From: Flectonema sp. DT1601
Lineage: Eukaryota
NCBI GenBank assembly: GCA_964019425.1
Contig: OZ025785.1
Coordinates: forward strand, 992,001 to 1,056,000
Length of the DNA: 64,000 nucleotides
Direction of reading: 5' to 3'
The number at the start of each line of letters is the position of its first letter. Position 1 is the first letter of the stretch. Shown piece by piece: positions 35,209 to 46,699 of this stretch. The notes under the pieces are model-generated. The model was not told the DNA's origin. It saw only the letters and a list, made by a program, of their open reading frames with translations, and searched no databases. A program made the translations under genes and the position numbers.

Positions 35209-36235
35209 CAACCCCACATAGCCCGCAGAAAAGGCGGGACGGCGGGCATCCTCCATCTCCTGCGCGGTCGTCCAGCGGCCTCCCGTCACCCCCTCTCTCA
35301 GCACTTCCAGACGAGCCACGTTCGCCTTCGCTAAGTCGGCCAGCAGCCGTTCCGCGTCCTCCAGGCTTTCGACAGCCGGTAATCTCGACATCAGCATGCC
35401 GAGCTCTCTTAGGCGCGCCTGCGCTTCGTGTGCCTGTGGTCGGGGGTTCGTTCCTGCCTTCGCTTCCAGCAGTTCTCTGCACGTCCGCCCCTCCGCCCCA
35501 CCAAGCATCTACGTCGATGGAGGACAATCCTCCCATCAACAGACCCATCTCCGGCTGTGCGTCGTCGCCTCCCCCGCCACCGGTAGCCGGGGGGCCTTCG
35601 TTTCCCGCAACCAGGCGACGTAACTGCGCCTCCAACTCTGCCTTCTCAGTCTCTTCTCGTACCCTCTGCCGTAAGTTAGCCAGCTCTCCTGAGTTTGCGT
35701 AGGAAGATGAGACGGGGTTGGGCACCAAAGTAGCCTTCGTAGGTGATAACTTTGCCATCCGTTTTTCCAGCTCGAGCTGGGCCTGCAGCGCAGACACTTC
35801 CGCGTGGTGTCGTGCCTCCAGCTTGGCCTTCGCCTCCGCTTCGTTCACCAGGATTCCGGCCTGGTTCCGTGCCGCGTCCACATCCCTCCCTTGGGCTTGC
35901 GTTACCGCCAAACCGGCTTGGGCCCGCACCGCGTCCACCTCCCTCCCTGCTTGTGCTTGCGTTACCGCTGCGCCGGCTTGGGCCCAAGCTGAGTCGCAAC
36001 CAGCTTGCGCATGCATGATCGCTTGAGCCGCCATGGACTGCGTGGCAGCTATTGCAGAGTTCCCCTCTGCTACCAGAGCCCTCCGGTCTCCGGCCGCTAC
36101 CACCTCCGTGGCCATCGCCTGCGTCTCCGCGGAGTGCGCTGCCATTGCAGCTTGGGCAACGAACGTTGGTGTTGCTTGTCCTCTTCCGGCCCCTGGAGTG
36201 AGGGCTACGACGGTGTTTGGGTCGACGCCAGACAT
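35209..36235 (-). pseudogene. GC-rich Ala/Gln-rich coiled-coil ORF, probable first (gag-like) ORF of the same YR retroelement; frameshift near 35510
   Basis: Same strand and similar GC content as the YR fragment, separated from it only by an AT-rich inserted block (34576-35208). Internal AQAG repeats. Function is inferred from position only. Confidence 0.45.
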
Positions 36236-36734
36236 TTTTGTTGATCGCAGCTAGTTTTACTGGCGCACAGGGAAAATAGATAACATGACATAATAAATAA
36301 CGGCTCTTAATCTGAATAGTTTGCTTTTCTGGGATAATCCCTGCCAGAGGGGCGAGTATTCTCTATCTGTTCTGATCTGTTACTTCATTTGTCTTGTTTA
36401 ACTTCAGTTATATGCATTTTACTTTTTATTGTTTCCCATCTACTTTTTATTTTCTATTAGTTCTGGTCAGAAACTCCTGGGCAGCAAGAAGGAAAGTAGT
36501 TAAGTACTTCTGGGTGTTTGGCATCACCCCCCATAGTGAGCAAGTACAACAGGTAGCATTGGTAGTCTGTTGATCCTGAGTGATCCCAGCTACAGTTTTG
36601 TTTTTCTTTCTTTTTTTTAGAAGAAGATCAGGACATCCAAGCACTGCTGGATAGTTGCTGAATGCAGGGCCTGCCTGTGGCATTATAATAACAGGCTAAG
36701 TCATTTGTAGTTCATAGTTTACCTTTGATTTTAT

Positions 36735-39700
36735 TTTCTATTTTCCGTTTTTTTTTTTCTTTAAAAAATAAATAAAAAGAATTTAAAATAAAAAAAAGAA
36801 TAAACAATGTTATCATTGTTTTTTATCGATCGACTATGTCGATCACTTTCTATTCTCCGTCCTGGTCAAGACGCTAAACTGATTGTTTTTTTTTTCAAAA
36901 TTAATAAAAAAGAATATTAAAAAAAATACAAAAAAAAAAAGAATAAACAATGTTATCATTGTTTTTTTTTATCGTTCGACTTTGTCGACTAATTTCTATT
37001 TTCCGTTTTTTTTCTTTAAAAAATAAATAAAAAGAATATAAAATAAAAAAAAAGAATAAACAATGTTATCATTGTTTTTTTTTATCGATCGACTATGTCG
37101 ATTACTTTCTATTTTCCGTCCTGGTCAAGACGCCAAACTGATTGTTTTTTTTTCAAAATTAATAAAAAAGAATATTAAAAAAAATACAAAAAAAAAAGAA
37201 TAAACAATGTTATCATTGTTTTTTTTTATCGTTCGACTTTGTCGACTAATTTCTATTTTCCGTTTTTTTTCTCTAAAAAATAAATAAAAAGAATTTAAAA
37301 TAAAAAAAAAGAATAAACAATGTTATCATTGTTTTTTTTTATCGATCGACTATGTCGATTACTTTCTATTTTCCGTCCTGGTCAAGACGCTAAACTGATT
37401 GTTTTTTTTTTTTTTCAAAATAAAAAAAAATATTAAAAAAAAAAAAAATAAAAAAAAAGGAATAAACAATGTTATCATTGTTTTTTTATCGATCGACTAT
37501 GTCGATTACTTTCTATTTTCCGTCCTGGTCAAGACGCTAAACTGATTGTTTTTTTTTTCAAAATAAAAAAAAATATTAAAAAAAAAAAATAAAAAAAAAG
37601 AATAAACAATGTTCTCATTGTTTTTTTTTATCGTTCGACTTTGTCGACTAATTTCTATTTTCCGTTTTTTTTCTCTAAAAAATAAATAAAAAGAATTTAA
37701 AATAAAAAAAAAGAATAAACAATGTTATCATTGTTTTTTTTATCGATCGACTATGTCGATTACTTCCTATTTTCCGTCCTGGTCAAGACGCTAAACTGAT
37801 TGTTTTTTTTTCAAAATTAATAAAAAAGAATATAAAAAAATAAAAAAAAGAATAAACAATGTTATCATTGTTTTTTTTTATCGTTCGACTTTGTCGACTA
37901 ATTTCTATTTTCCGTTTTTTTTTTTTTTTCTTTAAAATAAATAAAAAGAATTTAAAATAAAAAAAAAAAAGAATAAACAATGTTATCATTGTTTTTTTTT
38001 ATCGATCGACTATGTCGATTACTTTCTATTTTCCGTCCTGGTCAAGACGCTAAACTGATTGTTTTTTTTTCAAAATTAATAAAAAAGAATATAAAAAATA
38101 AAAAAAAAAAGAATAAACAATGTTATCATTGTTTTTTTTTTATCGTTCGACTTTGTTGACTAATTTCTATTTTCCGTTTTTTTTTCTTTAAAAAATAAAT
38201 AAAAAGAATTTAAAAAAAAAAAAAAAAAAAAAAGAATAAACAATGTTATCATTGTTTTTTTATCGATCGACTATGTCGATTACTTTCTATTTTCCGTCCT
38301 GGTCAAGACGCTAAACTGATTGTTTTTTTTTTTTTTTTTTTTCAAAATTAATAAAAAAGAATATAAAAAAAAAAAATAAAAAAAAGAATAAACAATGTTA
38401 TCATTGTTTTTTTATCGTTCGACTTTTCCGTTTTTTTCTCTTAAAAAATTAATAAAAAAGAATATAAAAAAAAAAAAATAAAAAAAAGAATAAACAAAGT
38501 TATCATTGTTTTTTTATCGTTCGACTTTGTCGACTAATTTCTATTTTCCGTTTTTTTTTTCTTAAAAAATAAATAAAAAGAATTTAAAAAAAAAAAAAAA
38601 AAAAAAAGAATAAACAATGTTATCATTGTTTTTTTATCGATCGACTATGTCGATTACTTTCTATTTTCCGTCCTGGTCAAGACGCTAAACTGATTGTTTT
38701 TTTTTTTTTTTTTTTTTCAAAATTAATAAAAAAGAATATAAAAAAAAAAAATAAAAAAAAGAATAAACAATGTTATCATTGTTTTTTTATCGATCGACTT
38801 TGTCGACTAATTTCTATTTACCGTCCTGGTCAAGACGCTAAACTGATTGTTTTTTCTAAATAAATAAAAAGAATAAAAAAAAAAAAAAAAAAAAAAAAGA
38901 TTAAACAATGTTATCATTGTTTTTTTTTATCGATCGACTATGTCGATTACTTTCTATTTTCCGTTTTTTTTTCTTTTCCTGTCTGACTGACTGTTTTTTC
39001 TTTAAAAAATAAATAAAAAGAATAAAAAAAAAAAAAAAAAAAAAAAGAATAAACAATGTTATCATTGTTTTTTTATCGATCGACTTTGTCGACTAATTTC
39101 TATTTACCGTCCTGGTCAAGACGCTAAACTGATTGTTTTTTCTAAATAAATAAAAAGAATAAAAAAAAAAAAAAAAAAAAAAAAAGATTAAACAATGTTA
39201 TCATTGTTTTTTTTTATCGATCGACTATGTCGATTACTTTCTATTTTCCGTTTTTTTTTCTTTTCCTGTCTGACTGACTGTTTTTTCTTTAAAAAATAAA
39301 TAAAAAGAATAAAAAAAAAAAAAAAAAAAAAAGAATAAACAATGTTATCATTGTTTTGTTATCGATCGACTTTGTCGACTAATTTCTATTTTCCGTCCTG
39401 GTCAAGACGCTAAACTGTTTGTTTTTTCTTTAAAAAATAAATAAAAAGAATAAAAAAAAAAAAAACAAAAAAAAAAAGAATAAACAATGTTATCATTGTT
39501 TTTTTATCGATCGACTATGTCGATCACTTTCTATTTTTCGTCCTGGTCAGGACGCTAAACTGATTGTTTTTTCTTTAAAAATAATAAAGAATTTCGATAA
39601 GAAGGATTTAAAAAAAAAAAAAAAAAAAAAGAATAAACAATGTTATCATTGTTTTTTTTTATCGATCGACTATGTCGATCACTTTCTATTTTCCGTCCTG

Positions 39701-40428
39701 GTCAAGACGCTAAACTGATTGTTTTTTTTCAAAATTAATAAAAAAGAATACAAAAAAAAATAAAAAAAAAAGAATAAACAATGTTATCATTGTTTTTTTT
39801 TATCGATCGTCTATGTCGATCACTTTCTATTTTCCGTCCTGGTCAAGACGCTAAACTGATTGTTTTTTTTTCAAAATTAATAAAAAAGAATATAAAAAAA
39901 AAATAAAAAAAAAAGAATAAACAATGTTATCATTGTTTTTTTTTATCGATCGTCTATGTCGATCACTTTCTATTTTCCGTCCTGGTCAAGACGCTAAACT
40001 GATTGTTTTTTTTCAAAATTAATAAAAAAGAATACAAAAAAAAATAAAAAAAAAAGAATAAACAATGTTATCATTGTTTTTTTTTATCGATCGTCTATGT
40101 CGATCACTTTCTATTTTCCGTCCTGGTCAAGACGCTAAACTGATTGTTTTTTTTCAAAATTAATAAAAAAGAATACAAAAAAAAATAAAAAAAAAAGAAT
40201 AAACAATGTTATCATTGTTTTTTTTTATCGATCGTCTATGTCGATCACTTTCTATTTTCCGTCCTGGTCAAGACGCTAAACTGATTGTTTTTTTTTCAAA
40301 ATTAATAAAAAAGAATATAAAAAAAAATAAAAAAAAAAGAATAAACAATGTTATCATTGTTTTTTTTTTTTATTGTTCGACTTTGTTGACTGGTCAAGAC
40401 GCTAAACTGATTGTTTTTTCTTTAAAAA
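36735..40428. repeat. AT-rich satellite array 1; monomers A (about 120 bp) and B (about 100 bp), often alternating
   Basis: A = GAATAAACAATGTTATCATTG(T)nATCGATCGACTATGTCGATYACTTTCTATTTTCCGTCCTGGTCAAGACGCTAAACTGATTG(T)nCAAAATTAAT(A)n... B has ATCGTTCGACTTTGTCGACTAAT and lacks the CCTGGTCAAGACGCTAAACTG segment. Confidence 0.97.
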
Positions 40429-40439
40429 GAAGATTTCAT

Positions 40440-43400
40440 TTGGAACTGAATGGAAGGACATCGACGTTTCTGCTGCAGAAAAACTTCAAACTTTCTCCGT
40501 CGAAACAGAAAACTCTTCAAAACCTGCCGACCAACTTGATAAACTACTCAAAACGGTTTATCAAATATGTAGCGGTTTCTTTGAAGAAACAAAGCGGAAT
40601 TTACCCCGCAAACAGAAATCAAGGGAAGAGGTCATCCTCGACCAAGAAAAACTTGAATGTCGTCTGGAAATGAAACAGCTAAGACAGGAGCTCCGCAAAT
40701 CTGGGCCTTCTATAGAGAACGCTGTCAAATGGAAAGAGGCAAGAACGAGAATGAAAAGGATTTTCCGAATGTATCGGAATTTAGAAAAGAAAAATCTATT
40801 CAAAAAATTACAAGATAAATTTCGTCAAAATCCGTTTTCTGCCATAAAAGAAGAACTCCAAAAAGAAGATCCTCAACCCCCCTCCCTTGATATTCCAGAG
40901 GAAAAAATAATTGAACATTTTAGAAACAATTATTGTGACAATGAAAAAAAAAAAACTGATTTCACCCATCCCTCTTTTTTACCTAAGTCTGACTACAAGA
41001 CAATGGATGATATCCAGTTCCCGAGCTTCGAACAGTTTGGTATTCTCTTATCAAAGAAAAAAAACAAATGTGCCCCTGGTCCCAATTGCATACCTTATGT
41101 TGTATGGAAAAAGGTCCCAACTTTTATGGAAGCACTTTACAAGGTATTAAAGAGAATTTTCGAACTCAAGGCCTATCCGGATAGTTGGGGCTTAGCATTT
41201 GTAACAATGCTCCCAAAGCCCAACTCCGATGGGAAAGACATCTCGAAAACGAGACCGATAGCTGTGGGCAACTGCGACGGGAAAATTTTTAATACGGTTA
41301 TTCAGGAAGCCGTCGCAAACCACACTCTTTCTAAATTTAATTTTCAAAAAGGCTTTAGGAAAGGTGTCTCTGGGTGTATCGAACATGCCACGATCACCTC
41401 AGAGATTTTTAAAGAAGTGAAAGCTCTCCGGAAAAACCTAACAATTGTCTGGGTGGATTTGGCAGATGCTTTCGGCTCAGTCAAACATCAATTAATTTTC
41501 TTTGCTTTAAAATATTTCGGAATTCACGAAAGAATAATCGGTTTCTATAAAAGGTATTATTCCTCCATGCGCGTCCAAATCAGAGTTGGAGAAGGCCTGA
41601 CGCCCACTATCCCTTTTGAAGTTGGTGTCTTTCAAGGCTGCGTTTCCTCCCCAACCCTTTTTAATTTGGTATTCCAACTACTGCTCTTTTCCTTAGCAGT
41701 TCATCAACAGGAAGCCTACGAGTTTAACAATAAATCCCTCCAACTATTAGTTGCAGCTTTTGCTGATGATTTACAACTTACCACGTCATCAAAGGCGGGG
41801 GCAAAATTGCTAATCAAGTCGCTCGAACAGTTTCTTTCCTGGTCTCGTGGTATGAAAGCGAAACCCCAGAAATGCATTGCCCACAGCTTTGTACAAGGGA
41901 AACCAGCTAACCCGGACCTGAAGATTAACAATGTTCCGATTACGAATCTCCAGGAAGCTGGAGAGTTCAAATACCTCGGGCGTTGGTTTGAGCCGAACGC
42001 CAAAGAACAGAAATTGCGAGAGCGCCTGACCACTTTTACCAGGAATTTTTTAAAAAAAGTCGACGCCATGCCACTATATGGGTCTCAGAAGGCTTGGTCT
42101 GTCCAACACTTGTTATTGTCAAGGTTAACATGGAGTTTAATGATCCATGACTTATCTCTCCCTTTTGCCAAAAAAATGGACAAAATTATTAAACCTTTTT
42201 TGAAGAAATGGTGGGGATTTGTCCGCTCTGCGAACACAGTCATCCTTTTTACCGGTTCAAAGAACACTGTTGGTCTCAGACACAAAAGAGTTGAGACGCT
42301 ATATAAACAAGCGCAATCAATTAAACTAGACATCCACAGATCCTCACAGGACTCTGACATGCACGGTGTCTACAATGTTATTATGGAGAAATCGTCCAAC
42401 TGGTCGAAAAAGTTTTCAGCTTCTGCTGAGTGGGAGCGCCTTATTAAGTTTTTTTCTTACCGTTCTCTTGCGAAGCAATCAGCTGGTCTTGGTCACCGAT
42501 TGCGCGATCTACGTACTACTCGCCCCGATCTCCTTAAGCGTTTTGAAGTGGAAGCCACAGATGAACTACTGAACTCTTTGAATAAATTACAAGTCCAAGG
42601 TCAGTGGAAGGAGTGGTCTAAATGTATGATAAACGATTTCACCTGGAATAAGGTACTTAGGGAGGGAAATCCTGCCTATATCTCATTTCAACTGAAAGCG
42701 GTTACAAACACCCTCCCCTCACAAGATAATTTAAAGAGGTGGAACATCACCAATGTGGACCAAAATTGTGTTTTGTGTGGCAAAGTGAATCCTACCCTCA
42801 GGCATGTCTTAACAGGCTGTCCTGTCTCTTTAACACAAGGGAGGTTCACGTGGCGTCACGACAGCGTTCTAAAACGCATTGTTATCTTCTTGGAAGAGTT
42901 GATAATAAAAGCCAACAAAAGAAAAGAAAACCTCCCGCCTCCCTCTCAAACTTTTTTAAAAACAGGGGAAAATAAACCCCTAGAAAGAATTTCTAAAGAG
43001 ACAGGCGAACTTTCACTAGCGAATGATTGGGTCATCCTCGACGATGTCGGTGATAACCGCCTAATTGTTCCTCTTGAAGTGTGCCATGTCTCGTCCTCTC
43101 TAAGACCAGACATTTTTATTTATTCTTTTTTTGCGAAAAGAGCACTGATTCTGGAGCTGACGTGTCCAAATGAAGATCGTTTCGAAACCTCTCATGTCTT
43201 AAAGGAAAAGAAATACCTAAAGCTAAGAGACTCGATCATCGCTAATGGCTTCGACTGTAACATTTTTACTATTGAAGTTGGCGTACGAGGAAACATCTGC
43301 ATGGACCAGCTGAACATCTGGACACGTCACATCGGTTCACCTTTAGCACCAACAAAAGCTTTATTTTGTGAATGCACCAGAATCGCCAGACAGTGCTCAT

Positions 43401-45468
43401 ATGTTCTGTTCCAGACGAGGAACCTCCCCACGTGGCATTCAAGACCACTAATGCGCAGCATTAAAGAAGAACCTGCCACTGCAAGTTTTATAAAAGATGG
43501 TAAAGAAATCTTCCCTGTGGAAGAAGTCAAAATCCACAAAGTAACAAAACTGAAAACGATCGAAAAGCTCACCATTGAAAGATCGTGGCTTGAGAAATGT
43601 TTTATCTGGCAAACTTGTTACGCATCGGCTCTTTCTATTCTACTTATTGCCAATGGTTCTTCCTCCCCGGCCCCTTCTGTTTTGTTAGATGAGGATGAGC
43701 TCACTGGACTCTCCTTGTCATTCTCTTCTATTTCTTCCATCTCTTTCCAGACTCCCCCACCTGAACTCATGTCAACGGGATCGCAAACACTTCCTGCTGA
43801 TTTCGCTATAGTGATAAGAACTCAATCTGACATGGGTTCTCAAACCCCCTTGTACAAAAAAAAAGAAGGAAAATTAAGGCTGAAACTTTCCTTGAAATGC
43901 CAGATTTTAGAAAACGAATTAGAGCAAATGAAAGAACGAATTTTTTATGTTCTATTTTTATTTTACTTTAATGCGATGTCAGCCTCCCTCGAGAAAGACA
44001 AGCAGTTACTAAATGGATTACCTGTTGAGATCAAAGCTACCAACCAGGATCCATCCTCACTTCCTCCTGCGCCCCCTGTTTTAATTATTGAAAAAGATAG
44101 AAAAGAATATGAACTTCTGGAAGGAGTAATTCAACGGTTAACAGCAGAACGCGATGAATCGAAGACTTCTCTTTCTGCACTAGTTCGACAATATGACTTA
44201 GTGGAAGATTACAGGAAACGTGAGCTCGCAAATCTGACTCAGAGAGCAGACCTATCGGAAATGGCGCTCTTTAATTACCATCAAAGGTTTGTTCTTCTGT
44301 CGAACGAATTGGAGACCAAATGTAATGAGGAAAGAGAAAGTAAAATAAGACTTTTCTATACTCAACAGGAGGTCGAGAGTTTGCGTGCCGCGCGTCCCCG
44401 TATGACCCACTTTAGTCAACAAGTTTCCCCCCGAACCCCCGTTCTGTATGAATCTGTTGCTATGATGAAGATAGCAAAGAACTACCTCTCGCTCTTTACA
44501 ACTACGAGTAGTCTTTTTACTCCTCTTATTAAACCCCTTATCCCTACCCTTAATTATATCACCCCTCTTTGTCCTCTAGCCTCAATTCCTCCGACAATGC
44601 CGCAGAGTGAAGCTCTCGACCGCACGCCGACCAAGATTTTACGACAAGAGAGTCACGTTATCTCCGTTAAAGAGAATACACCTATTGCGAGACAATGGTC
44701 CGAGGGTAGGATTGACTTACTCGAGAATTACTGTCGAGCAGTAGATGACTCTCTCGAAACAAACGAGAAAGCGGCAGAGCTCTCAGAACAACTTCTGGAT
44801 GCCCAACTTCGCCTCTCGGAGCTGAATCACCAACGGTGTACAACTCACGCAGAGCAGCTTGAGCAATCCATGATGTTAACGGGACTGGCGAGCGATTTAA
44901 ATGCTCAACTCGCCTTGGCACGGTCTCAAATTGCGGCCCTGAAGTTCCAATTAGCTTCATGGGCAGAAGGTTTGAGTCCGCCAGACACAGAAGAACATGA
45001 GGAAAATGAAACTCCGCCGAGAAAGTCTGAGCGTTCAACTCTGAAAAAACGAACCCCTCCATCAAGATATCGTTACAATCGAAGGAGATGTTCTGCTGAT
45101 GACGTTCACGGTGACTCCACCCCCTTGTAATTCTCTTTTTCCTTACTTTCACATCACTTTGTTTATTTAGTTTTTTAGCTTATTTATTATTTATTGTTCG
45201 TTTTTGTTTGTATTATTTTATCGATATGTTTATGTCCGTCAGATCATAACGTTAATCTGGTTAATTGTTAATTGTTAATTATAAATGGTCTAAACCCCAA
45301 TCCAAGTTCCCAAGGCTTGGCATAGATTTGAGTGACGCCTTACTGGCCTCCTCATCCTCTATGAGTGGTGAGGGGGCCAGCAATGGTTTTTTTTTTTTTT
45401 TTTCTCTTATTTCTTTTTTTCTTTTTCTTTTACTCTAATATGAAATATTTTTGAACAAAATGTGATTA

Positions 45469-45499
<31 letters not shown>
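40440..45499 (+). mobile_element. 5'-truncated non-LTR retrotransposon of RLE type (HERO-clade-like) with 3' UTR and poly(A)
   Basis: The frame is open from the satellite junction (GTEWKDID...) to the stop at 45130, followed by about 345 nt of UTR and an A-run at 45476-45499. No clear target-site duplication. Confidence 0.85.
40670..45130 (+). CDS. RT + CCHC zinc knuckle + restriction-like endonuclease polyprotein with about 560-aa C-terminal extension
   Basis: RT motifs APGPNCIPY, TRPIA, QKGF, WVDLADAFGSV, GVFQGCVSSP, FADD (41759-41770), KYLG. Also CVLC..LRHVLTGC..SLTQGRFTWRHDSVL (HERO-like) and RLE RPD..ILELTCP..KEKKY..IEVGVRG. Confidence 0.93.
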   Translation: MKQLRQELRKSGPSIENAVKWKEARTRMKRIFRMYRNLEKKNLFKKLQDKFRQNPFSAIKEELQKEDPQPPSLDIPEEKIIEHFRNNYCDNEKKKTDFTHPSFLPKSDYKTMDDIQFPSFEQFGILLSKKKNKCAPGPNCIPYVVWKKVPTFMEALYKVLKRIFELKAYPDSWGLAFVTMLPKPNSDGKDISKTRPIAVGNCDGKIFNTVIQEAVANHTLSKFNFQKGFRKGVSGCIEHATITSEIFKEVKALRKNLTIVWVDLADAFGSVKHQLIFFALKYFGIHERIIGFYKRYYSSMRVQIRVGEGLTPTIPFEVGVFQGCVSSPTLFNLVFQLLLFSLAVHQQEAYEFNNKSLQLLVAAFADDLQLTTSSKAGAKLLIKSLEQFLSWSRGMKAKPQKCIAHSFVQGKPANPDLKINNVPITNLQEAGEFKYLGRWFEPNAKEQKLRERLTTFTRNFLKKVDAMPLYGSQKAWSVQHLLLSRLTWSLMIHDLSLPFAKKMDKIIKPFLKKWWGFVRSANTVILFTGSKNTVGLRHKRVETLYKQAQSIKLDIHRSSQDSDMHGVYNVIMEKSSNWSKKFSASAEWERLIKFFSYRSLAKQSAGLGHRLRDLRTTRPDLLKRFEVEATDELLNSLNKLQVQGQWKEWSKCMINDFTWNKVLREGNPAYISFQLKAVTNTLPSQDNLKRWNITNVDQNCVLCGKVNPTLRHVLTGCPVSLTQGRFTWRHDSVLKRIVIFLEELIIKANKRKENLPPPSQTFLKTGENKPLERISKETGELSLANDWVILDDVGDNRLIVPLEVCHVSSSLRPDIFIYSFFAKRALILELTCPNEDRFETSHVLKEKKYLKLRDSIIANGFDCNIFTIEVGVRGNICMDQLNIWTRHIGSPLAPTKALFCECTRIARQCSYVLFQTRNLPTWHSRPLMRSIKEEPATASFIKDGKEIFPVEEVKIHKVTKLKTIEKLTIERSWLEKCFIWQTCYASALSILLIANGSSSPAPSVLLDEDELTGLSLSFSSISSISFQTPPPELMSTGSQTLPADFAIVIRTQSDMGSQTPLYKKKEGKLRLKLSLKCQILENELEQMKERIFYVLFLFYFNAMSASLEKDKQLLNGLPVEIKATNQDPSSLPPAPPVLIIEKDRKEYELLEGVIQRLTAERDESKTSLSALVRQYDLVEDYRKRELANLTQRADLSEMALFNYHQRFVLLSNELETKCNEERESKIRLFYTQQEVESLRAARPRMTHFSQQVSPRTPVLYESVAMMKIAKNYLSLFTTTSSLFTPLIKPLIPTLNYITPLCPLASIPPTMPQSEALDRTPTKILRQESHVISVKENTPIARQWSEGRIDLLENYCRAVDDSLETNEKAAELSEQLLDAQLRLSELNHQRCTTHAEQLEQSMMLTGLASDLNAQLALARSQIAALKFQLASWAEGLSPPDTEEHEENETPPRKSERSTLKKRTPPSRYRYNRRRCSADDVHGDSTPL

Positions 45500-45503
<4 letters not shown>

Positions 45504-45621
45504 AATGAATAATAAAAAAAAAAAAAAAAAAACATGCCTTGGGAATACAACCAAAGCCCCAATTAATCGGTCCTTTCTTTTTTCCTTCTTGTCAAGTGAT
45601 CGCTCCACTCGTCGATCACCA

Positions 45622-46051
45622 AAACCGATTGTATTTATATCTGTTCTTTTCTCAACGATCGGCTATACCGATCATTTTTTTTAAAAACAATTGTTTTCTT
45701 CTTCTCGACGATCAGATCCAATTGATCGACCTTTTCTTTTTTTTTCCTTTATTCCTTCCATCCCTCCCGCTCCCCTTATTTTAATAAAAACAAGATCAGC
45801 TCAGCTTGATCGTTAAACTTTTTTTTTTTTTATTTATTTATTTTTTTTTTTTTTATTTAAACTGATTGTATTTATATCTGGTTATTTTTCTCAACGATCG
45901 GCTATGCCGATCGACCTTTAAAATAATTGTCTTCTTCTTCTCGACGACCAGATCCAATTGATCGACCTTTTCTTTTTTTTTCCTTTATTCCTTCCATCCC
46001 TCCCGCTCCCCTTATTTTAATAAAAACAAGATCAGCTCAGCTTGATCGTTA
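45622..46051. repeat. Two diverged tandem copies (period about 237 bp) containing satellite-related motifs
   Basis: Both copies start AAACYGATTGTATTTATATCTG, contain GATCGGCTATRCCGATC and end GATCAGCTCAGCTTGATCGTTA. Confidence 0.9.
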
Positions 46052-46330
46052 TTTATTTATTTATTTATATTTTTTTTTTTGTTGGTCCTAGTCAAGACCT
46101 TAAACTGACTAATCGGTCTTAACTTTAACTAAGTGAATGAACCCTTTCCGTTTTCCTTTTCCCTTTATTACTCTCTATCTGGTCTGTTATGTCATAAATC
46201 TCATTTAATTTTATCATTCATTTTAATTTTCACTGTTTCCCATCTACATTTTATTTTCAAATAGTTCCGGTCTGTCTCTGATGATAAATAAAACTGATCA
46301 TGTTAACTCAATATTTTTTTTTATTATGTG

Positions 46331-46432
46331 CAAGAGATACCAACACGCAAGAGATACCAACGCACATACGAGATACCAGCACTTCCGAGATACCGACACA
46401 CAAGAGATACCAAGACACTTAAGATACCAGCA
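46331..46432. repeat. Minisatellite, six AGATACC cores at 17-19 bp spacing
   Basis: AGATACC at 46335, 46352, 46371, 46388, 46405 and 46422. Confidence 0.85.
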
Positions 46433-46699
46433 AGGACAGTGAGAGGTAGAATGAACTCTCCTCCTTGTGTCCGATCCTGATTATTTTTTGTTGAATTGGT
46501 AGTGTTACCTCAGTTTGCTACTCTCGTATCTGTGTTGTGTTAACTCATGTAAGTGATCTTAACTCCTGTTAAATAAAAAAAAAAATTTCAAAAAAAAAGA
46601 AATTAAAAAAGAAGAATTTTCAAATGAAGTTATATCAACCCCTGCCACCCATTATGATCAATTCCGCTTGTTTTTTTTTTTTTTTTTTTTCTTCTTTCT

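Noticed and set aside
40206..40673. 155-aa ORF and similar MLSLFFFIDRL ORFs
   Set aside because: Chance translation of satellite monomers, in a different frame from the RT.
45628..45650. GTATTTATATCTGTTCTT resembling the U2 snRNA branch-pairing region
   Set aside because: No U2 5' stem or Sm site around it; it lies in a tandem duplicate and the second copy diverges.
46331..46432. AGATACC repeats as a mini-CRISPR
   Set aside because: The core is only 7-9 bp with about 10-bp related spacers; an ordinary degenerate minisatellite.
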